DNA from: Azolla caroliniana
Taxonomy: Eukaryota > Plantae > Polypodiophyta
Assembly (NCBI GenBank): GCA_043228905.1
Contig: JBHGNT010000002.1
Coordinates: forward strand, 14,384,001 to 14,448,000
Direction: 5' to 3'
Length of the DNA: 64,000 bases
The position numbers were made by a program, and so were the translations under genes. The notes below the pieces were generated by a model, which had not been told where the DNA came from, did no database searches, and worked only from the letters and a program-made list of their open reading frames with translations. Within the stretch, counting starts at the first letter, position 1. Every line of letters starts with the position of its first letter. Positions 22,695 through 34,015 of this stretch are shown piece by piece.

Positions 22695-25600
22695 TATAAG
22701 AAAAGTTCAGAACATAATGGGCTGGATTGACAATAGAGAACGAGAGAGAGTTTTCGAAGAATGTAGAACATGGTAAGATATTATATTAAGACAGGTGTAT
22801 TACAATGTAAGAACCTACAATAACAACTCTAGATGTAGTATCACACACATCACTAAACAATACTTCATACATATATATATACAAAGAAGTAACAACTAGC
22901 CGTTACTTCTTTGTAACTGTTGTTTTGTCTTTTTCTTATTGTTCTTTGTAACTCATATTTTGTCTTTATTCTCATACTCATGTTTTATCATTTGTGGTGT
23001 AAACAGTTAATCTTAACACCCCCCTTAGCTATGACACCGCCAACTCATCTATTTGGATGAATACTTAATCCAATATCGTGGCAGCAACTCCAATGTTTTG
23101 CGTTGGGTACTGGCTTGGTAAGAAAATCAGCCCACATAGCTTGTGTTGAAGTATGTCCAATAGAGAGGTTAGATTCTTCAAGAAGTTCTAAGATGAAGTG
23201 ATGTCGTGCATGGATATGCTTGTTTTGCTCTGTGATCTTGGGGTTCTTAGTGATTTTGATGCAGGATTGGTTGTCACACCATAACTTGAATTCAGAAATT
23301 TTGAGGATGGTAAGTCCCTCCTTAGTAGTGAGAGTAGCTTCTATGTATTCTGCTTCAATGGAAGAGAGGGCGACGATAGCTTGTTTCTTTGTTCGCCATG
23401 AAATGGCACCACCTACAAATAGGAATACATAGCCAGAGGTGGATCGAGAGGTATCCTTGTCCCCCCCCCCCCCCAATTTGCATCCGTCCAACCATGTAGT
23501 GGTGTTGATAGCCAACCTTGGATATTTGAATGTTGGGCTTTAGAGTCTAATGTGTAAGTAAGTGTCATATCCCTTGTGTACTTCAAATACCGTAATACTC
23601 TTTTAAGTGCTTTACAATGGTTAACTCCTGGATTCTCCATGAATCTTGATAGGTATCTAGTGGCAAGAGATCAGTTGGGTTGAGTGCAGTTGACAAGGTA
23701 TCGAATGCTCCCCAACACTTGGTGATACAGGATATTCTTCATAAAGTAAGTTTCTTCAGTTGTATGTGGTGAATCTTCGGATGATAATTTGCATGGTACT
23801 GTGAGGGGAGTGGAGATTGGAGAACACTCAAACATATCAAACTTGGTTAGTATATTATCAACAAAGTTTTCTTGTGATAGGGAGAGTGTACCTAGAGTTC
23901 GATTCCTTTTTACATGAATCCCAAGAAAATGTTCTAGTGGCCGAAGATGTTTGATAGGGAATTGTTGTCATAATTCTGCAATAAATTCCATTACGAAGTC
24001 TTCCGATGTCCCAACAATAGGTAAATCATCCACATAGACTCCCAAGAGTAAGAATTCTGTTTTTGTTTTCCTTATATATAGATTAGGTTCCGATTGAAAT
24101 TCTTGAAATTTGATTGATAAGAGGAACCTATGAAACTTGGCATACCATTGTCTAGGAGATTGTTTTAGGCCATATAAAGGTTTGTTAAGTTTACACACAT
24201 AATTAGGGTCTATATTATTATCTAACATTTGGGGTTGTTCCATATATATATCTTCTTCTAAATCACCATGTAAAAACATTGTTTCAACATCAACATGATG
24301 AAGTTCAAGATTTAAATATGCCGTAATGGCAAGAATCAATTGAAGTGCAGTGATCTTTAGAGTGGGTGAAAAAGTTTCATGGTAGTCCACACCTAGTATT
24401 TGTGAGAATCCTCGAGCTACTAATCTCACTTTGAACCTCACGGGAGTACCTAGGGCATCATATTTCTTCGTAAAAAGCCACTTACAAGTGATGACATTGG
24501 AGTGACAAGGCCGCGGTACTAATGTCCATGTGTGATTCTTTTGGAGTGTTGAGAATTCAGATTTAATTGCTGCAACCCAATTGTCTTTTTCTTTACTTTT
24601 TAATGCTTGTTTGAAGATTGACGGACAAATTGATTGCCAATTTTGAGATTTTGAGGATACTCTGAGGTGTAGGGTTGTAGGTGACCTAGACTTGTATGTT
24701 CAGATTCACAATTTCGACATTCGGATGCTGAGGAAGAGTTGTTGGGTTGTTGGCGGTGCACTAGCACATCCTCAGGTTCGAGACTTCGAGTGGCTGATTT
24801 TGTGGCCATAGGCTTGGTGGCATTCTTCGCAGTAGAGGTTCCCAATCCCTCATCTTGAGTGGTTAAGATTTGAGAATGAGGTAATTGGTTGAGTTTCTGT
24901 CCTCTGTTTTCTGTTGCATTAGTTGTTGGCGCACCATGATTGTTGTGTAGTTCGGTGTTGATGATGTTCGTCCCACTAGTTTCAGATTCCATTGTTGTTG
25001 CTTGAGGAAGTCTTAACTTTGTGATTTCCTTGGTAAGGTGTCCACTCCCGGTTTCTTTCATTACATATGATGACCTAGAAAAAAGACTTTTCTCATCAAA
25101 CTCCACAGAACTACTAAAAATTATTTTACCTGTATCGGGAAGGTAAATTCTGTATGCTTTTACTCCATATGGATCCCCATATCCAATAAGTTTTCCTTTG
25201 ATGCATCGATCCTCAAGTTTTTTCCTCTTGGCAAGTTGTATGTATGCAAATGCGGTTGCTCCAAATACTCGAAGATGTGATATCTCAAGTGGGTACCCAT
25301 ACCACATGGTGTATGGCACTAGTCCTTCTATACCTGGGTGAGGAGTTCTGTTTTGTAGGTAACAAGTTGTGGCTACTGCTTCTTCCCAGAATCATGAGAT
25401 CATTCCACTCGTCTTCAGCATACTCCTAGCAACATTTAATAAGGTGTGATTCTTTCTCTCGGCTATCCTATTTTGTTGAGGTGTGTAGACAGTTGACTTT
25501 TGATGAAATATACCATTTTTTTCGTTAAAGGCTTCCTATTCTTGTGAAACAAACTCCCCACCATTGTCACTTCTTATTATTTTAACTTTAAGTTGTGTTT

Positions 25601-28257
25601 GATTTTCAACAAAGCTCTTATATGCACAAAATGCTTTGAATGCATTTCCCTTTTGTTTAGGAAAGTTAACCATTGTGAATCGCGAAGTTTTATCAATGAA
25701 TGTTATAAAGTACCTTGCTCCGGAGAGTGAGTTGGGAGTTATCGGTCCACATACATCCATGTGAACAAGTTGAAGTAGCTCCTTTGTGTTTGAGTTACTT
25801 AGTGGGAATGATTTTTGAGCCATTTTCCCATACATGCATCCTTCGCAAATATCAATAGATTTAAAGATTGTGGAAGGTAAACCTCTTACTAGGTTCTGAC
25901 ACAACTTGAGTGTTGGTGTATGTAGATGACCGAACCGACAATGCCATAGATAGGTGGGGGGCACATTGTCTACTCCTCCTTGATGTACTTCAGCAGCTAA
26001 TGTTTCTCCTAGATTTGCCTTGACAGGATATAGTTGCCCTTGTTTTGGACATACAATTTTTATCTCATGTTGATCATCTTGGATGTATAGGGTAGCTTGT
26101 TGTTTGCTGAATTTGATTGTCATTCCTTTGGCAATAGCTTGTCCCACAGATAATAGATTTTTTGCAATTCTAGGTACAAAGTATATATCTGAAATTTGTA
26201 CAACATGATTACTAAGGAGTCTTAATTTGATATTACCTTTCCCAACTACCACTTTTTGACCTTTGTCTCCGAAGGTGACCTTCAATGGTATTGGGAGCTC
26301 TTGATAGTTCTTGAGAATCAAGCTCAACATAGTGCAATGTGTGAACACACCTTTTGAGAATCCATGATTACTCAAAGGTCAAGAGTCACACCACTACTCT
26401 CTACACATTAACTATGTGTCATAGAATCATATTCTATGACACATAACTAATGAGTTACATATTCCCCATGACTAAGAGTCTTCACATTCCCTAAGAGAGA
26501 GAGTGGTTGTTATAAAGTTAATGAAGAGAGAGGGTGACTCTATATAAAGCACCCTCCTCATACTTCATATTAAGTTGGTTGTGACTCCTTATTATGCTAC
26601 ATTTTGTATTTCTCATTCTACTTGTGAATATACATCTTCTTCTTGAGTATTTCATTTCTTTAGCTTATCTATCTTGTGTTTCTATTCTCTTCTCTAATTC
26701 CTCTCACACATACACATAACACACATCTCTTCCGCTACACAAGAATCATACCCAATTCTTTACAATAGTTGTCCAACTAGTCTTTTCGATATGTTAGATG
26801 GTGAGTAGCCCCAATATCCAAGAACCAGGTGCTATCATCTTCATTTTGATTTTCTTCAAATGTGTTTGCATTATATGCTTGAATGTACTCTTCTTCATCA
26901 TGTTCTCCATTTTGTTCAGGTGCTTCTTCAAAAGAGTATTCTGGATTTCTATCATCTTCTTGTTGGATAACCACATTATATGCCTGGGGTCGGTTGGAGT
27001 TCTTCTCTGCTTGCTTGAGGCGACATACTCGATCGGTATGTCATTCCTTCTTGCAATATCTATAGATGATTCTAAAGCTTCCATTTTGCCGTGAGTTGTT
27101 CCCATAGTATTTTTGTGCTTTACTCTTAATGTATGTTTTGTTATTATTAGACTCATTATTTCTTACATTATCAGGTCTATACCTTTGTTGGTTTGCTGGA
27201 TGACCCCTTTGGAATCGATTGATGGAGACAACCATTGTGATTGGTTGAGCATTATTCTTCTTTTGTCGTTGAATGTCTTCATGGCAGATCTTAGTAAGTA
27301 GCTCAGAAAATATTGTCGTGCTACTATGCATAGTGATGAATCTTCCCCAAGATTCAGGGAGTTTGGTTAGCACTAATCCAATCTTGATGTCTTCTGAGAT
27401 GTAGTTGTCGACGGTAGTTGCATCATCCATGGCTGCCTCCCAAGTTGATAAGAAGGTAGGAACATCTTCTTCTTCCTGTAAAACACACATATTAAACATG
27501 GTAGCTAAGGTGTGGAGTTTAGTTGTACCATCTTGAGGTTCGTATAGTTCCTTCAGTTTTGCCCACATCGCAGCTGCAGATGTGATTTTCGAATAATTTC
27601 TGACTGCTTTTCAACTACATTTAACATTATCTCTAGTCTAGCTCTTTTATCCAGCTTTCGCCACTCATGCCATTCGTTTGACTCCCGTTTTACAGGTTCT
27701 GGACTAGCGCCAGTTGTGATGTCGAGGAGCTCCTCAACATCAAGTAGCAGCTCCATTCGAGTCTTCCAGGTTTTGTAGTTTTCTCCGTTAATTTTTCCAA
27801 GGTAATTTTCTGCTTGAGCTTGCCATAGTGATAGTACTGAGATTTGTTTATTTGAAATAATCTGTGGTGAGTTTTGTTGGTTATAGGGGAATATGAGATT
27901 CAGATCGTGCAACTAAGCTCTGATACCATGTAAGAAAAGTTCAGAACATAATGGGCTGGATTGACAACAAAGAACGAGAGAGAGTTGTCGAAGAATGTAG
28001 AACAAGGTAAGATATTATATTAAGACATGTGTATTACAATGTAAGAACCTACAGTAACAACTCTAGATGTAGTATCACACACATCACTAAACAATACTTC
28101 ATACATATATATATACAAAGAAGTAACAACTAGCCGTTACTTCTTTGTAACTGTTGTTTTGTCTTTTTCTTATTGTTCTTTGTAACTCATATTTTGTCTT
28201 TATTCTCATAACCCATGTATGTTTTATCATTTGTGGTGTAAATAGGTAATCTTAACA
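22695..28257 (-). mobile_element. Full-length decayed Copia F
   Basis: LTRs 22695-23018 and 27929-28257, TSD AAATC on both sides, PBS TGGTATCAGAGC (27917-27928), PPT at 23019. gag, PR, IN, RT and RH motifs are in Copia order. Confidence 0.96.
26309..26764 (+). repeat. Copia-type solo LTR inside Copia F
   Basis: TSD ATAGT on both sides. Starts T(C)TTGAGAATCAAGCTCAAC like the B/D/E-family LTRs and ends TTTACA. Confidence 0.88.
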
Positions 28258-28556
28258 AAATCGTGGAGCAAGGCTACATCTCAGAAGACATCAAGAAGGG
28301 GCGGAGAGACGGCCGAATGCTCATCCTCGATTTGAATGAGGTGAAATCGTCAATGTACGCTAAAAGTCTCAAAACCGAGACAAGCATCGAGTTGTGGCAC
28401 AAGAGAATCGGCCGTATAAACCTCCAACGGCTCTGAGCTATGCAAACCAAGGGAGTCGTCATCGGACTTCCGACATTTGAGTCGAAACGAATCGACCAAG
28501 TATGCGAAGCATGTCAACTCAGCAAACAACATCGATTCTCAAGGCGTCCTCGACGT

Positions 28557-29426
28557 TGTTGTGAAGGATTTGCTTCACGATATAAAAATAAATTTAAATA
28601 TTGAATTCAGTAATATTTCAACACTTGAGCCCACAACCTTATAAACCAAGCACAATGTATATACCACTAGGGTAAGATATTTGTTTTTAGAAATGTTGTG
28701 AAGAATATGCTTCACTATATAAGAATAAACTTAAATATTGTATTATGTAAACTTGAGGGACTTGAACCCTCAACCTTGGATATCAAGCACAAAGCATACA
28801 CCACTAAGGTGGGTTATTTGTTTTAGGGTTAAATCCATCATTATACTTATCACATATATATTTTCATACATGGGAGCTCAAATGAGCATGATGGCTATCA
28901 TGCATCACGTGCAATGCATGTGCACCAAATGGCGATCATGCATCATGTATAACTCATGCATTACATGCATGCCATGCTCCTACACATTACCATATGCATG
29001 GCAATACTTATAAAAAGAGGGGAAAGGAAAACAAAAGGGGAATCAAGAGAAAGTTAGAACATAATTAATGAAATAAACGAGTTAGCTTGTTCATGAAGAG
29101 GCTCGTGTTTCCAAGTTCGAGTCAAGGGTTCAAATCAAGAGTCGGTAGAGAAAGGGTTCATCTTGTTATAAAGCATTGTAATGTTGGTAAAAACTTGTTT
29201 TCTTAATATAAATCATGTTCATATCTTATACTCTTTCTTCTTAAATCATACATTCTCTCTATCTTTTATCTATGCTCATCTCTCTCTCACACATTACTTT
29301 AAACTCTTATTCTTCTTATCCTTAATCTTCCTAACATTTGTGTGCAAAGCCTTATAAAAGTTTCGTCAACTCCCTTTAACTTTAGTCCCTGCGACTTCGC
29401 CGCACGAACCACAGCCTACCTCGACA
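28557..29426 (+). repeat. Solo LTR with 4-bp TSD ACGT
   Basis: TGTTGTGAAG...CTCGACA flanked by ACGT/ACGT. Removing it restores the integrase motif LDVIHSDVWG. Its termini resemble the Gypsy B LTRs. Confidence 0.92.
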
Positions 29427-31223
29427 ACGTCATACACTCGGATGTATGGGGACCGGCTCAAATGTCGAAGATCGGCGGATGCCGATAGTACATAACCTTC
29501 ATCGACCTACTCGTGCTACACGTGAATCTAGCCGATGAAGAAGAAAAGCGAAGTGCTCTCCCACTTCCAAAAGCTAAAGGGGCAAGTCGAAAAAGAAATC
29601 GGTTGGCACATTCGATGCCTACGATCGGATGGAGGGAAGGAGTACTTCTCCGACAAATTCATCTCCTACCTCCAAAGTGAAGGCATTTGGAGAGAATTCT
29701 CGTGCCGACACACACCCCAACAAAATGGAGTAGCTGAAAGGAAGAATCGGCAAATACTCGAGGTAGCACGCGCCATGATGCATGAGAAGAAAATGCCGAA
29801 TTTCTATTGGGCCGAAGCGGCATCCACAGCCGTCTATGTCATGAACCAGTGCACCACCAATGGACTCCATGAGCTAACTCCATATGAGCTCCTCGTTGGA
29901 AGGAAGCTGATTTTGTCGCACCGCAAGATGTTCAGAAGCATTGCGAATGTACGCATTCCGAACGAACAACGATAGAAGCCTGACGCGAAGTCGGAGGAAT
30001 GTATCGTCATAGGATACTCGTCCGAGAAGAAAGCATACAAGTGCTACAACCCTTCTACCCGAGCGGTTTAGGTAAGTCGAGACGTAGTCTTCGACGAGTC
30101 CGCATCTTGGTACACACCAGAGACAACTTCGACTCCGACTCTACTTGACTTGGAATCCGCCGAACAAGAGGTAGAAGATGGAAATCGCTTCGAACACATG
30201 TTCGAAGAAAGTCCGATTATGGTAAGGCCTAGTGGGCAACAAGAGCCCCCACACTACCCAAGCACGTCGCAGCAAAGTACGAACTTGGACAAAGGCAAAG
30301 GTAAGATGCCCGAATACGAAGTCGACCACCCCGATGACAATGATTCGGATGGATCGGCTTCCTCACTAGACAGTGATTTTGGTGTACCCATCATGCAGAC
30401 ACCCGGAGTAAAGAAGGCACTCACATCAGTGAGCGAAAAACTTCGACACTCTTCTAGAGAGAAGAATCCCGTCACTTGGCTCGGCTATGAGTATATGGCC
30501 CATCATTACGCCTTCGCGATGAAGGTAGCGGTCGAAGAAGAGCCCAAGAGCTCCACCGAAGCGGCTCGTAACCCACGATGGATGGAAGTAGTCGACCTTC
30601 GCCCACACACTACAAGCCTTTGTCACCAGCTTGAGGGGGAGGAACCGAGATTGCCACAACGAAGAAAACCGAAGGCCGGACGTCAAAAGCCTACAAAAGC
30701 CTACATCGAAAGCCAGACAACGCTGAAAGTAGAACCGGATGTTGGATGCGTCACACTTGAGCTTGAGGGGGCCTGTTAAGAGATCAAGCTCAACTTAGTT
30801 TAGTTAGTTAGTCAACCATGTAACTTCGTAGTTACCTAGATAGAATCTAGTTAGAAGTGTTGACTATAACGTCTTAAATAGAACCTTGTACTTAAGTGGG
30901 ATATTCTAGATCCTCCACTCCTAAGTACATTTAATATAGGACTTACACCTTAGTACCTATATTCTACTCACACATGTGCACCTTTGCACATGAGATGCAT
31001 ATATACCTCATTGTGGGTATTTTTATATTCGATGATGATGATAAAGCTAATTTAATATAGTTACTCATCCCCCATCTTGTGTTGTTCATAAGTGTATCTC
31101 TCTCTCTCTCTCTTCCTCTCACACACATACACACACATATCACATGTAATCTTCCGCTTATCAACTAATCACATAATTAGGTACTAATTAACCTTTGCTT
31201 AATTACTTACCAAATTCTTAACA

Positions 31224-32438
31224 CATCTTATAGAAGTTTAGGTTTAAAGAGATTAATAGATAAGGAAAATTAGGGTTTTTTCTTTTGAGATATCTTCCGT
31301 AAGGGAAATTAGGGTTTATGTGAGAGATAGTTTCTATAAAGAAAATTAGGGTTTTTGAGAGATAGTTTCCGTAAGGAAAATTAGGGTTTATGTGAGAGAT
31401 AGCTTCCGTAAGGAAAATTAGGGTTTTTGAGAGATAGTTTTCGTAAGGAAAATTAGGGTTTATGTGAGAGATAGCTTCCTTAAGGAAAATTAGGGTTTTT
31501 GAGAGATAACTTCCGTAAGGAAAATTAGGTTTTATGGCTTCGATAAAAAAATTAGGGTTTTCCCCCCCAAAAGATGCTTCGATCCCTTAAGGACCATTCT
31601 TCTCCATGAATAGATTATCGAGAGCTAGCTTTTCTCCTCCCTTCTCGCACTTGCATGAAGGAACTCCAGTTTCCATCTTCGGTTCAATTGCATGCATTCA
31701 CATGACCTTTCCTTTACATAAAGCTTCACTTTAGTTGCATGCGTTCACATAACCTTTACTTTAGTTTGCCGCATGATCCGTCCGGTTGGTTCGGTCACCG
31801 TCTAGTCCGGTTCCGGTTCCGTTCGACCCGGTTCGGTTGCATCCAGCCCGGTTCGGTCGTCGTCCATTAGTCCAGTCCAACCCAGTTCTGGTTCCATCGT
31901 CGTCCATCAGTCTGGTCTGGTTCCGGTTTCGTCCAGCCCAGTTCGGTCATCGGTTCTGGTTCCGTCACCATCCGTCCGTCTGGTCTTGTTCCGGTTCCGT
32001 CGCCTAACATCCGTCCGGTTGCCAATTCCGGTCCCGGTCCCATTCTAATTCCGTCATCGGCTCCGTCCGGTTGTCGGTTGTCAGTCCCCATCACCGTCTA
32101 GTTTCGGTTTTGGTTCCAGTTCCGTCGTCGGCCGGTTCCGACAACTTAGCCACATCCATCTATCTAGATAAAGTAGTCCAAGCTCAACCATTCCTTTTGT
32201 GCTCTTAACACATAAATAAAAACTAATGGTTTTCAATTTGCTTATATAGCTGGATCCTAAAGTTTCCTATCTATGTGGGATATCTTACAATTTTGTTTTC
32301 CTCTTCTTCTCAAACTTCACACACACATAACTTGATACTTGTTTATCCGTTTCATGTGTAGTAAAATGCGTTATGAAGCTCATCTTAAATAATTATTTTA
32401 CTAGTTTTTTCATATTGTGTGTGAAAAACCACATGACA
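31224..32438 (+). repeat. Long LTR-like element with telo-box tandem array; second copy inverted at 41142-47445
   Basis: Ends CACATGACA followed by ACGT. It shares blocks such as AAATTAGGG repeats, CCGGTT-rich tract and CTTATATAGC..AAGTTTCCTATCTATGTGGGAT with 41142-41658 plus 46976-47445. Confidence 0.75.
31261..31560. repeat. Tandem array of alternating 37/35-bp units containing TTAGGGTTT
   Basis: About 8 units of TCCGTAAGGAAAATTAGGGTTT(ATG/TT)TGAGAGATAG. Confidence 0.92.
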
Positions 32439-34015
32439 ACGTATAAGATCAAATAGATTAGGGACTCATCAACCAGTTGCCGAGTATACATACATGGGTC
32501 GGAGTCGGATCGACGGTAACCAAGCTGCCTGATGTAGGAGTTGAACTTCTGGTACCACATCGTCGTCGCTTGTTTTAAGTTGTAAAGGTTTTTCTTCAGT
32601 CGACATATGAGGTGACTTTCCTCCCCTATCGTCGTGTAGCTTGCCAGTTTAGACATATAGATGTCTTCTTGTCCAACTGCTCAAAATCTAGGTCTTTTGT
32701 CGCCAGAACTTCAAGTAGGAGCTGAAGGGTGGTCATCTTGACTAGTAGCAAAAATATCTCGTTGTAGTCGACCAAATGTTCTTGTTTGAATACATTCGCG
32801 ACTAATAGAGCTTTGTATATTTGGATTCTCTAAGTCAGATACATCTTTGTATCTAAAGACCCATTTATAGGGTAGCAACTTCCTTTCGTCTGGTAGTTCA
32901 ACCAACTCCCATTTTTTATTCTGATGAATCAAGTCCATCTCGGATTTCATGGCTTGTAGCCATGTCTCGGTGTCATGTACAACGATTGCTTCCTCATAGG
33001 ACCTTGGTTCACCTACATCGATGTAGTTGACGTGGTCAAGGCCTAATTGGTAGAACTCTCTCTGTCTTGGAACTCGTCCAGATCTCCTAGGTGCCATGGT
33101 GATTGGTTCAAATCCTTCAATCGGCTCTGTTGGCCAATCGGCATTAGTTGAAACATCCTCAGGAGTCCTTTTGGATGACTCGTCCCTACAATAGGATTTC
33201 GGCGATGTCGAGTCATCTTCTCTTTCTTCGGGATTGATTGACGGATTGGCTAGTGCCTTGGTCAGTTCTTTGCGACCTTTCGGGACCTTAGCCTGTTTGA
33301 GTGATTTGGTCATTTCAACTCTGTCTCTTTCTCCTCTTATCAATCTCTTAGTCAAATCTATTTCGATGGACCTCTTGCCGATTTGGATTCGGCAAAGGGA
33401 TCTTCGTCTTGGTTTTCTTTGACTATTCATCGAGTTTCCGATTTGGCCCGGTGGGTCGGTCCTTCTACGAGACTTTGTCGATTTCGAAGGAAGCCTTTTT
33501 GCTGACCTTTTTGGCTGGTTCCATTAAGAGAGAATTGAGTCTTCATTGAAAACTACGTCACTACTCCGGATCAAATTCCAGTTCTCTGGATCCCATAGCT
33601 TGTAGCCTAATTCCCCATCGATTCCATAACCGAGGAATATGGACTTAGTTGCATGGGGCGCCAACTTGGCCATTTCTCCTTGGGGATGAATGCATAGGCT
33701 TCGCATCTGAATATACGGAGCGTGTCGTAGGTCGGCCCTTTTCTTGACCATAGTGCCTGGGGCACTTCATGCTTGATTGCTTTCGACGGTGATAGATTTA
33801 TCAGGTAGACAACCATCTACAATGCTTCGGCCCAGAATTCCAGCTTTAGTCCAGAGTATTAGATCATTGTCGTCACCCTCTCTTGGATCGTTTGATTGAT
33901 CTGTTCCGCCACTCCATTCTGCATGGATGTGTACGGAATGTTCTTTTGGTGTCGGATCACTTTGTTAGACATGTATTGTTTGAAAGCTCGGGAGGTGTAT
34001 TCCCTGTTCAATGCG
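32439..34015 (-). pseudogene. pol: Decayed Copia integrase-RT fragment
   Basis: YLINLSPS, IFLGYG..GYKLWDP, WELVELP, CRLKKNLYNLKQ and LILYV. It is cut at the YVDD codons by the 31224-32438 element. Confidence 0.85.

Larger units (their letters stand above)
21288..31223 (+). mobile_element. Copia E: gag-protease-integrase without RT/RNase H, 3' LTR 30774-31223; carries two insertions
   Basis: gag 21351-22199 (CNYCGKVGHYELEC), protease WFIDSSASHHMT, integrase 28263-28556 and 29431-30110, PPT GAGGGGG at 30765. The 5' LTR is absent. Confidence 0.88.

Noticed and set aside
31261-31560. Repeat array as CRISPR or a true telomere
   Set aside because: There are no unique spacers or cas genes, and TTAGGG occurs once per 35-37 bp unit rather than as contiguous TTTAGGG runs.
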